Source: Candidatus Omnitrophota bacterium (lineage in GTDB: Bacteria; Omnitrophota; Gorgyraeia; Zapsychrales; Zapsychraceae). Taken from it: a stretch of 64,000 nt of DNA. How positions within the stretch are numbered: position 1 is the stretch's first letter; each line of letters opens with the position of its first letter. The stretch is from NCBI GenBank assembly GCA_015233195.1, contig JADFYE010000007.1, positions 8,684 through 72,683 of the forward strand, in the 5' to 3' direction. The notes below the pieces were generated by a model, which had not been told where the DNA came from, made no database searches, and was given only the letters and a program-made list of their open reading frames with translations. Both the position numbers and the translations under genes were made by a program. Positions 16,961 to 27,200 of this stretch are shown here, in pieces.

Positions 16961-17911
16961 ATGAGCATTTTGGAATTTGAACGACCTATTTATGAAATCG
17001 AAGAGAAAATCCATGAATTACGCGAATTGGGCGAAAAGAATTCAGCTGGCATTTCTCCGGAAATAAAACGGTTGCATAAAAAATTGGAACAGTTGAAAAA
17101 AGATATTTATGGGAGACTGAGCGTTTGGCAGCGTATTCAAGTGGCTCGGCATCCTGACCGTCCATATATGCTGGATTATGTAAGAGCGATGATGACTGAT
17201 TTTGTGGAGTTGCACGGCGATCGTCAATTCGCGGACGATCTGGCAATGATTGCTGGTTTCGCTATGTTTGAAGGTGAGAAAGTCATGGTCATTGGTCAGC
17301 AAAAAGGACGTGACACTAACGAAAATATCAAGCGCAATTTTGGTTGCGCGCATCCTGAAGGATACCGTAAAGCAATGCGTATGATGCGCATGGCAGAAAA
17401 ATTTCAAGTACCGGTTCTGGTTTTTGTGGATACTCCTGGAGCATATCCGGGCGTCGGAGCAGAAGAACGTGGTCAAGCTCAAGCTATTGCTGAAAATTTA
17501 CGGGATATGATGTTGATTGAAACGCCGATCATCGCGACTGTTATTGGAGAAGGCGGCAGCGGCGGGGCATTAGGTATAGGGGTGGCAGATAAAGTTTTTA
17601 TTTTACAGCATGCGTATTATTCAGTAATTTCTCCAGAAGGCTGCGCGTCCATTTTATGGCGCAACGCGGTTAAAGCTCCGGATGCGGCTGAAGCTTTGAA
17701 ATTAATGGGCGAAGATTTAATAAAATTTAAAGTTATCGACGGGATTATCCCTGAGCCATTAGGCGGCGCGCATCGTGACCCAGAAGTGGTTTGCCAAAGC
17801 ATGAAAAAATTATTTTTAGAAAATATTAAGGCGTTGAAAACTTTGTCACCTAAGGATTTGGTTGAACAGCGATACCAACGTTTCCGGCAAATAGGTGAGT
17901 ATCTTGAGTGA
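16961..17911 (+). CDS. accA: Acetyl-CoA carboxylase carboxyltransferase alpha subunit
   Basis: ARHPDRPY...FVDTPGAYPG..AEERGQ..AIA, full length. Confidence 0.9.
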   Translation: MSILEFERPIYEIEEKIHELRELGEKNSAGISPEIKRLHKKLEQLKKDIYGRLSVWQRIQVARHPDRPYMLDYVRAMMTDFVELHGDRQFADDLAMIAGFAMFEGEKVMVIGQQKGRDTNENIKRNFGCAHPEGYRKAMRMMRMAEKFQVPVLVFVDTPGAYPGVGAEERGQAQAIAENLRDMMLIETPIIATVIGEGGSGGALGIGVADKVFILQHAYYSVISPEGCASILWRNAVKAPDAAEALKLMGEDLIKFKVIDGIIPEPLGGAHRDPEVVCQSMKKLFLENIKALKTLSPKDLVEQRYQRFRQIGEYLE

Positions 17912-18936
17912 AAAAAATTGATATAAAAAATTTGTCATCAGAAGAGCTGCAGGAGTTTTTACTTTCTAACGGTCTGCCTAAATTTCGCGCGGAACAAATC
18001 AGGACCTGGATATTTCAAAAAGCTGAACTCAATTTAGATAAGATGGTTAATTTGCCGCTGCCTTTGCGCAAATTATTGGACCAGCACTTTATTTTCTGGT
18101 CTCTCAAATTATGTTCTACCAAAATCTCCAAAGATAAAACCATTAAAAATTTATTTGAATTATCTGACGGGGAATTGATTGAGACAGTTTTGATACCGGC
18201 TGATGGACGCAATACGGTTTGTGTTTCTACCCAGGCTGGGTGTAAATTTGGATGTAAGTTTTGCGCGAGCGGGTTAAAAGGGTGGAAACGGAATTTAACA
18301 GCTGGTGAAATTTGTGAGCAGATTTTGTTAATACAAAAAGAAGCAGGTGTGAGGGTAACGCACGTGGTTTTCATGGGCGTAGGCGAGCCGTTTGATAATT
18401 ATGAAAATGTAATAAAGGCAGTACGTGCTATTAACGCTAAAGACGGTATGGGTATTGCTGCTCGTCGGATAACTATATCAACGTGTGGTGTAGTGCCAGG
18501 GATTGAGCGTTTTGCGGGCGAAGGACTGCAGGTTGAATTAGCAATATCTTTGCATGCTTCTAATGATAAATTACGCGATGAATTTATGCCTATCAATAAA
18601 AAATATCCGCTTAAAGAGCTTATAAAATGCTGTGGTCAATATGTAAAAAAGACTGATCGGCAGATAACGTTTGAATATATTTTGATTAAAGATATTACTT
18701 GTACTGAAAATGCAGCGAGGGAATTAGGGGTTTTGTTGCGTGGGCTTTTGTGCAAATTGAATTTGATTGTTTATAATCCGGTACAGGAGTTTGCGTTTAA
18801 GTCGGTCGGTAAATCAGATATAACCCAATTTCAAAAATGGTTAAAAGCAGAGGGTTTGCATTCTACAGTAAGAGCTTCTCGAGGGACTGACGTGTCTGCT
18901 GCTTGCGGACAACTGCGTACTACTTTTCTATCTTAG
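17908..18936 (+). CDS. rlmN: 23S rRNA/tRNA (adenine-C2)-methyltransferase, radical SAM
   Basis: The CKFGCKFCASG radical-SAM cluster motif, and a C-terminal ...GTDVSAACGQL. Confidence 0.9.
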   Translation: MKKIDIKNLSSEELQEFLLSNGLPKFRAEQIRTWIFQKAELNLDKMVNLPLPLRKLLDQHFIFWSLKLCSTKISKDKTIKNLFELSDGELIETVLIPADGRNTVCVSTQAGCKFGCKFCASGLKGWKRNLTAGEICEQILLIQKEAGVRVTHVVFMGVGEPFDNYENVIKAVRAINAKDGMGIAARRITISTCGVVPGIERFAGEGLQVELAISLHASNDKLRDEFMPINKKYPLKELIKCCGQYVKKTDRQITFEYILIKDITCTENAARELGVLLRGLLCKLNLIVYNPVQEFAFKSVGKSDITQFQKWLKAEGLHSTVRASRGTDVSAACGQLRTTFLS

Positions 18937-19417
18937 CTCCAACCTTTTCCATCATTTTCTTCATATTTGGGTTGTTCATTAATTCTTGGGTCTTGGGATT
19001 ATTTTGTACAGCTTGAATATCTTTGTTCATGACTGCTTTTGAAAATTCCGGATCCTGCAATATCTGCATAATTTCTTTATCATTCATTAGCGCCTGAATA
19101 TCCTGCATTAGACCAGGATCTGCCATTATTTGATTTTTAACCTGATCCATTTGCGCTGAGGTTTCAGCTGGTAGAGCAGGGGTTGTTTGTTGAGGAGGTA
19201 GCGTTGTGTTACTGATGTTTGCTACGTCTTCAGATTTTACGGTAAGCTCGCCCAGAGTATCGGTTTTAATTGTATAAAATCCATTGGTAAGGCTGAGCAC
19301 TTGCCCCTTGATGTCTGAACCGTCTTTTAAATGGATGACGTTTTCGGCGTAGGATAATGGAACGGAAATAGTAACAAAGAAAATAATTGATGATACTAAT
19401 GTTTTAATATGGCGCAT
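18920..19417 (-). CDS. Exported protein, unknown function
   Basis: Signal peptide MRHIKTLVSSIIFFVTISVPLSYA. The C-terminal half is M/Q/N-rich with repetitive helices. Confidence 0.5.
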   Translation of the reverse strand: MRHIKTLVSSIIFFVTISVPLSYAENVIHLKDGSDIKGQVLSLTNGFYTIKTDTLGELTVKSEDVANISNTTLPPQQTTPALPAETSAQMDQVKNQIMADPGLMQDIQALMNDKEIMQILQDPEFSKAVMNKDIQAVQNNPKTQELMNNPNMKKMMEKVGAKIEK

Positions 19418-19446
19418 ATATCTCTCCTAATGTTTAAAAGTTTTAA

Positions 19447-19475
19447 CCTTCCGTAACCCCGGGGGTTACGTATGG
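19447..19475. repeat. Palindromic repeat family B
   Basis: ccttccgtaaccccgggggttacgtatgg. Confidence 0.6.
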
Positions 19476-19501
19476 TTATATAATTGCTTAAAAGTAGCGT
19501 A

Positions 19502-19530
19502 TTGACAATAAAAATGTTGAATGTTATATT
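19502..19530 (+). promoter_or_regulatory. Sigma70-like promoter for the tRNA pair
   Basis: TTGACA-17 nt-TATATT, 24 nt upstream of tRNA-Ala. Confidence 0.5.
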
Positions 19531-19553
19531 GGGACAGCTTTTTTAAGAGATGA

Positions 19554-19626
19554 GGGGCTGTAGCTCAGCTGGGAGAGCGCTTGAATGGCATTCAAGAGGC
19601 CAGGGGTTCGATCCCCCTCAGCTCCA
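19554..19626 (+). tRNA. tRNA-Ala (anticodon GGC)
   Basis: A cloverleaf can be folded by hand. It has acceptor GGGGCTG/CAGCTCC with the G3:U70 Ala identity pair, anticodon loop aTGGCat and T-loop TTCGATC. No CCA is encoded. Confidence 0.9.
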
Positions 19627-19650
19627 TTTAATAGACAAATATTTTTTTAC

Positions 19651-19734
19651 GCCGGGGTGGCGAAATTGGTAGACGCGCTGGTCTCAAAAACCAGTGAGTG
19701 CAAGCTCATGTGGGTTCGATTCCCTTCCCCGGCA
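19651..19734 (+). tRNA. tRNA-Leu (anticodon CAA)
   Basis: Acceptor GCCGGGG/CCCCGGC, anticodon stem ctggt/accag with loop cTCAAaa, a long variable arm and T-loop TTCGATT (one T-stem mismatch). Confidence 0.85.
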
Positions 19735-19792
19735 TTTTTTATTTCCCATCTGTTTATGTAATGTAAATTTATAGTGACACTATAAATCTGCA

Positions 19793-19821
19793 TTGACATT
19801 TGACGCGTTTAATGTTATAAA
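19793..19821 (+). promoter_or_regulatory. Candidate sigma70-like promoter
   Basis: TTGACA-17 nt-TATAAA just upstream of the ATG at 19828. Confidence 0.35.
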
Positions 19822-19827
19822 TCAAGC

Positions 19828-21033
19828 ATGAAATATTACAAGCGCGAAATAGAACCGGTGTTGTTAACGTGCATCAAGTCGTTCCCCGGGGTAGTTTTAA
19901 CCGGACCGCGCCAGTCGGGTAAGTCGACATTACTCAAAAATACCTTTCCTAAGTATCAATATATAACTTTTGATGATATCTCCGTACTAAACTTTGCTAA
20001 AACAGATCCTAAATCCTTTTTAAATAATTTAGAAGAAAAATTTATTTTGGATGAAATTCAGTATTGTCCGGAAATATTGTCATATTTAAAAATTAAGATT
20101 GATGAAAACCCCCAGCTTAATGAGAGGTTTTTGTTAACGGGTTCGCAACAGTTCAGTATGATGAAAAATTTAGCAGAGACTTTAGCAGGCAGGGTGGCGC
20201 TTCTTGAATTATTGTCATTTTCTTATTTTGAGAAAGAACATATAAAATCTGAAATTAAAAGTTCGAATGTGTTTGTTAAGATGTGTGTCGATGGCTCATA
20301 TCCGGGGGTATTGTTAAAAGCCGATAAAGAAAATAAAAGTAATTGGTACAAAAGTTATTTGAGTACTTATTTAGAGCGAGATATAAAGAATTATTATGGT
20401 GTTGGAAATATTTTACAATTTCATAAGTTATTGCAATTATTAGCCGGCAGATGCGCACAAATATTAAATTACTCAGATCTTGCGGTTAGTATAGGTGTTA
20501 CAGTGGCTACTATTCAAAATTGGATTTCTGTTTTAGTTAATTCTAAAATTGTTTATATATTAAAACCGTATCATGAAAATTTCGGAAAAAGAGTTATTAA
20601 AAGTCCGAAAGTATATTTTTTAGATACTGGATTTTTGTGTTATTTATTGGGAATTGAAAGAAAAGAACAGGTGTATAAATCATATTTAGCTGGAAATATA
20701 TTTGAAAATTTTTGTGTTGAAGAAACCATCAAAACTATAATCAATTCTGGTAAAAGGGACAATGTTTTTTTTGTGAGAACTTCAAATCAGTTAGAAGTTG
20801 ATCTATTGCTAGAAATAAAGGACGAACTTATTCCTATTGAATTTAAAATGAGCATGACTCAGAATCCAGAAATGGCAGTTAATTTACAAAAATTTCGTGA
20901 ATTATTTCCTAAGCTAAATTTAGGCCAAGGAATGGTTGTTTCTTTAGATGATGAAAAGCAGCTATTAAAAGGATCAGGATTTTTAGGCGTTAAGGAATAT
21001 TTATCTTTTGTGAAAAAAACATATAAACCCTAA
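19828..21033 (+). CDS. AAA ATPase with DUF4143 (AAA_14 family)
   Basis: Walker A motif LTGPRQSGKSTLL. Length and C-terminal layout are typical of the AAA_14/DUF4143 family. Confidence 0.75.
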   Translation: MKYYKREIEPVLLTCIKSFPGVVLTGPRQSGKSTLLKNTFPKYQYITFDDISVLNFAKTDPKSFLNNLEEKFILDEIQYCPEILSYLKIKIDENPQLNERFLLTGSQQFSMMKNLAETLAGRVALLELLSFSYFEKEHIKSEIKSSNVFVKMCVDGSYPGVLLKADKENKSNWYKSYLSTYLERDIKNYYGVGNILQFHKLLQLLAGRCAQILNYSDLAVSIGVTVATIQNWISVLVNSKIVYILKPYHENFGKRVIKSPKVYFLDTGFLCYLLGIERKEQVYKSYLAGNIFENFCVEETIKTIINSGKRDNVFFVRTSNQLEVDLLLEIKDELIPIEFKMSMTQNPEMAVNLQKFRELFPKLNLGQGMVVSLDDEKQLLKGSGFLGVKEYLSFVKKTYKP

Positions 21034-21251
21034 TTTTTTCCACTTATTTCTCCCCCCATTTTCTTCATTTTTTCATTTCTCGTCGGTAATATATAATATA
21101 TAATATTTTAGGTAAACGGTTTCTCTGTAACCCCTTGCAGCCCTTGTTTTTTGGAAGTTTTGTGGCATATTTGGGGTAGATTTATAAAGGAGGGGCAAGT
21201 CCCTTTATAACGGAAAAGATATATTTGATAAATTATTTAAAGGAGAACGTT

Positions 21252-24200
21252 ATGTTCCGATCTATTTATTTTAAGTCTTGCGCGATTACAGTGTTGATCG
21301 CGTTTCTTATGACAACCGTGTTTCAGACGACAGGCTTTGCCCAAGTGGCAATGTATATGCCTGCGGTTGGCACACAAGTAATGCCCTCAGCATTTTATGA
21401 ACCAGCTAGTGCAGTGGGTATGCAGGTTGATCCTGTAAATCCGTTTCACTTCAATTTCTTCATTGACCGCGGTCAAGACCCGTTAGCCGGTGAAATTGAA
21501 AAGACTGAATATAAAAAATTAGTTAAATATTTTTTAGCCGCATTGACCATCCCTGATAAAAACCAATGGGTCAACCTTTCGCCTTATGAACATAACCGTA
21601 TAGTGCCAACTGATTTCGGTGATACTGAAATGGGTCGCGATCTTTTAGCCCAAGATTATCTTTTAAAACAGTTAACTTCTTCACTTATGTATCCTGAAAA
21701 AGAAATCGGCAAGGTATTTTGGGATAAAATTTACGAAAAAGTCTACGCTAAATACGGACAGAATGCAGAAGTGCCGGTTAATACTTTTAATAAAGTTTGG
21801 ATTACTCCGGATAAAGCGGTTGTGTATGAAGACGGTGATAAAGTTTGGATTATGGAAAGCCATTTGAAGATTATGTTAGAGCAGGATTATATGGCTTTAG
21901 ATAAAAATAAAGACAATTCCCGTTTTGGTTTATCAGCTAATAACAATACTAATTTAAGTGAAACCAGCACTGCCTCGTCTCAAATTGTGCGCGAGATCAT
22001 TGTACCTGCGATTGAAAAGGAAGTTAATACAGGGAAAAATTTTGCTTTATTGCGTCAAGTTTATAAGTCTATGATTCTTTCTGCTTGGTTTAAGAAAAGA
22101 CTTAAAGATCATTTATTATCTCAAGTATATAAAGATAAAGATAAAGTTATAGGCGTGAATTTAGATGATAAACAAGCTAATGAAAAGATTTATCAGCAAT
22201 ATATAGAGTCTTTTAAGACTGGTGTGTTTGACTATATTAAGGAAGAGTACGACCCTGCAAGTCAGACAGTTATTCCTCGTAAATATTTCGCGGGTGGGGG
22301 CGATTTTGCTATGTTAACTACGGATATAGTGAATGTTGTAACTCCGCGATCAGCAACTCCTGCGCAAAGAGCAACATTCGCAGAAGCAGTTAAAGGACTT
22401 GATGGTCGTATAGATATATTAAGTGCTTTGTTTACGGAAAATGATCGGGAGGCTATTGCTGCTACTGCTAAATACAAAAAAGCTCTTGAGACAGTACAGG
22501 CAGTATTGCCTCCTGAAGTGATAGCACATTTAAAGCAGTCGATTATAGATCAGTTAGCAGCAGAGGATGTAAATTTTTCAGAACGCCAAAATGCCATTGA
22601 AGCTGCATTGGTTTTAGCTGTAGCACAGTGGATAGATTTAAATAATAGCTTACACCGTAAAGATGTTGTAGTTATGGATAAGAACGGTAAATTAGCAGTG
22701 GTATCGACTGAGGTGTTATTTAAAAATACACCAGCAGAAATTAATATTGATGAATTAACTAGTTTGGTAATGGGCGGTATCAGATTTTACGCGCATTACG
22801 GTGATGCCGGACTAGCATTAGCTAATAATATAAATTTTGTGTCTGCTATCCAAGCTATGAATCGGGTAGAAGAAAGAGTTATAAGATTAGAAAAAGAGAC
22901 TGATTTGAGTAAATCCGAGGTCTTAATAAGTCAGTTGGAAGATCATTACGACTTGTTTAGGAAGTATTCGGATTTGGTTGTAAAAAATCAGGAACAAGTT
23001 GAAAATGCTTTTGCTGGAAATAAGCAAGTTATTTATCAGTCTGTAACAATAAGGCAGATGTTTAGGAGTTTTGAAAATAATAAATATGATTTAGGCAGAC
23101 GTTCGGGAAAATTATTTCAAAGAATTGATGCTTATAAAAGAACTGCTAAATCAACGTCTAGAACTTCAACAGCTTCGTCTACTACTGGAACTGATGAACG
23201 TACTGCTGAACAAAAAGCTATGGACGCTTGGACGGTAGCTATCTCGCCGATCTTAGATTCTAAAGAGACGGTAACTCCTGAAAAATTAAATCAATTGGCA
23301 GCTCAGATTGCAGATATGGTTTGGGCGCAATTAACACCAGATCAGCAAACTCAATTACCACGACCAGAATTAGAAGGTAAATTAGCAGCTGCTTTAGGAC
23401 AAGTTTTAGATGAATACCAAGCAAAACCAGAGCAGAAGGCTGAAGTAACTGATCTGAAAGTTTTAATACAAAAACTTATTAGTATTTTATTCCCGCAAAA
23501 AGAGTCTGAACCTGCAACTAAACCAGCGGTAAAGGTAGTTGATCTAATAAAGAAGTTGAGTGGATTCGCTAAAGCTGGAAATATGGATGAAAGTGACGTT
23601 CAGTTATTTTTAGGTTTGTTGGATCAGGAAACGTTTATCAGCCTATTCAATAAATATCAGGCGTCTGCAATATATGATGCAATAAAATTTGTAATGAAAA
23701 ATTTGCCTCAAGTGCCAGATGAGGAATTAGTTAAAGCTATTGTTGCAGCAATTAAAACAAAAATAGAACCTGCAGGTAAATCAGAAGAAGAATTAGCTGC
23801 AGAAAAAGCTGCAGAGCAAGCCGCCGCCGCAGCTCAAGCAGTTAAACCAAAGTTAGGAATATGGGGAAAACTAAAAGCTGCAGTAAGAAATGGATATGCG
23901 AATTGGGCAGCAGGAAGACAAGCTAAAGCCGAATTAAGAATGCAAGTTAAAGCCGCAACAGTTACCTGGAAAGAAGTTGCTAGAACCTACCACTTAGATT
24001 ATAAATTTGAATCAGGAACAGCTGGAGATAAATGGGTAGACCAGTTAATGGTTCTTTCTGAAATTCAAAAAAGTGGAGTATCTCGAACAGATCTGTTGGA
24101 AGTTGTAAAAATTACGCTGAATGACGAGTTTATGAAGAACAGGAATAATCTTGAAGGGTCATTCTTATATATTTATAACGAAATTTTGCTAAACATAAAA

Positions 24201-27200
24201 TATTCTATATTACGTGAAAAGGTGTTTTTACAATATTCTGAAGTAATTAATGATTCAGCAGAAAATAAGGTTGAAGCTGTAGCGGATAATATTATTGAAA
24301 CTTTTAAATCTATAGGGTCTAGTCTAGAAATTAATAAACAAATATTAATCGATAACATTAAAGCTAATATTGCTGAACAACAAAATACGATTAAATCAAT
24401 TCCTGAAAATCAGTATGATGCTGTCTATAATCAAGGGTTTGCGGAGTTGGTACGACCGTTGATAGAAGCAGACGCTGCTATGGTTGTAGAAGCAGACGAA
24501 ATGACTGATCTGTTGGTTGCACTTGAACAAAGAGGGATTGTAGCTGATGAGAAAACAATCGCGGAAATTGTTGCAAATATGCCAGAAGTTGATGAACAGC
24601 TAAAAGATTATATTGGTACTGATATTTTGGCTGGTTGGACTATTATTGCTTTAATAAATGGACAAAAAGAAAGTCCGAAACCCGCTGTAACTCCTAAGCC
24701 AGCAGAGGTAGCACCTTCAGCTCGTAGTTTAGTAGAAGGCAGGATAAACAAATTAGTTGGTCAAGAGAGGGTAGATGTATTTTTTGGTTATTTGAGTCAG
24801 CAACCAACGTATAATCTCATATCAGACCACAATTATTCGGAAAATGAAATAAAAGAAGTGATACAAGCGTTACTTACAGCAGGAAAAGAAGTGACCGTGG
24901 TTGGTGTTGTAATGCAACTTATAAGAAACCGACAAGCGCTTATACCAGAGCAATTTAAAGCATTTGTTAATGGTATAGAACAATTAATACCAAACCAATA
25001 TGTAAATCGTAGTGCTTTATTAAATGATTTTTTTGATACTAAAATAAGTCCTCAAAATAAGGAAATGTTAGATCAGCTTTGGGCGGCTTTTGCTGCAGAA
25101 CCTGAAGGACAACAAATGGGTCTTACTCCTGAGGAGGCTAAGGATGCGGTAATAAAAATATTGCTTGATCCTACTAAAACAAAAGATTTTGAAGAAATGT
25201 TAATTAATTTTAATAAATTTCATAGCGAGGTTTTTGCTGCTGCAAAAGCAGAGAGAGCTAAATTACCTCAGAAGTCAGAAAAGTTAAATCAACTTATTGA
25301 TAATTTTTTAGCTCAAACCAAGAGCGTAAAAGATTTTATAAAAGACAATCAGACTTTATGGAATGATTTTATAAACGAGCTTAAAAATTATTATCAGGGA
25401 TCACCGGTGCTGGATATAAAAACGGCTTCTGATGTTGTAGAATACATTTTGGATATGGATTCTGCACCAGCGAGGTTTAAGGAGGATTTTCCAGCGTTTT
25501 TTGAAGCGTTTTTAAAACAATTAAAAGAGGGTGTTCCTGCTGTAAAAGCGGCACGTACACCAGAAGAAGTTTTTACTCAAGGAATGGAAGATTTATTAAT
25601 AGCTGTTCAAGCGGTAGAAAAAGATAGACCAGGAAACGGAGTAATAGTTATAACAGCTTCTAGAGTGAAGAACTTTTTACCGTACTATATGTTAACTGAT
25701 GATAATGTGTCAACTGCAGTGGTTGCTTTAAGGAAGTTCTTTACGGCAAATAAAGCTAAAGCTAAAGCTGACGAGCTGGAAAAGATAAAAGATTTAAAGT
25801 TTTTTAGTTTATTGGGAAAATTTGATAAATCAGAAGTTGATGTACAAAAACAAAATACTGTAAATGTGGTTATAAACGCAATAATATCGAGAATGGAAGT
25901 AATTGATATAGTTGCCCAAAAGGAAAAGTGGGAAACTAAAGATATAATAAGTGAAAGATTGCGTTCAAAAGATCAAGTATTGTCAAAGTCTGCTGGAGTA
26001 GAATTAATAAACCAGATAATGACCTATATTCAAGAAAAAGGTATGCAGCTTACAGAGCAAGAGGTGATTGATGCAATAAAAAGTATTTTTACTTCTGCAG
26101 AAACTACAGAAATGGAAGGCTTTAAGACTAATTATTTAGAATTTTATAAATTAGTGGCTCAACAAGCTATGAAAGACGCGGCCATGATTGTTGTTCCAGA
26201 AAATGTCACAGAGATTATAAGTCTTCTTCGTCAATTATGGGATGGTACAAATATTAATCCTTCCGACCAAGACATTAAGGATGTTTTGGAAAGTATGACA
26301 ATGCCTGCTGGTCTAACGCAGGATAATGATGTTATTGTTGGTATGCTGGCGAATATGTTTTTACAAGCTCAGGAAGCAGGAAATCAACCTGCTGGACAGC
26401 CATCATTATCAAATGATTTAGATGGTTTACAACGCTCTGTAAATGCAAATTCTAAGACTTGGAAAGAAAGAATGGCGCAAGTTGGGCGGTGGGCATTAGG
26501 AGCTACAGGGTTAGGAATGGTTGTGGCAGCGGTTTTAGGTGCAATTGGGTTTTTTAAAAACGTACAACCAGTTGCTCCGGAGGCTGAGAAGCCAGCGGCA
26601 GAGCGCACATTTGATGTTAGTAGATCAAATGCATTAAAAGGTGCAATAAAAGATGGATTGACAGGAAATAACGCAAAAAAAGCAGTTCTTGATTCTTTGA
26701 AAGATAGATATGCAGAATCAGGCACAGCATTTCAGCCGGCAAAGGTAGATGCTAAGGCTCAAGGAATCGCAGATGCTCAATTTGATATTTTACATGCTCG
26801 CAATAGCGATCCAATGTTAGGCAAAAGCTATACTGATGTAGATGGAAAAAAACATGAAGGGCGTAATGCATTCAAAACATTTTTGAGAGACGCTAAGGCG
26901 TCGGGATTTTTTGCTAATATAACGGAAGCTTTTTGGGATGGTATTAATGGGTTAAATGAGGATCAACAGAAAGAATTTTTAGCTGAAATGGCAGCTATTC
27001 AAGGTCAGGTAAAAGAATTATCAGACGGCTTGATAAAAACTTTTGGCGCAGAGCTCGCAGCTTTGCAAGCAGAAGGTCCAAATAAAGAAAATCAGCAGAG
27101 GATACAGGGTCTGAAAGATAGTATCGCTTCATTAAAAGAAAAAAATGATGAAAGTCCAGATGCGATTGTTGGCAAATCTTCAGAGTATTGGCTTACATTA

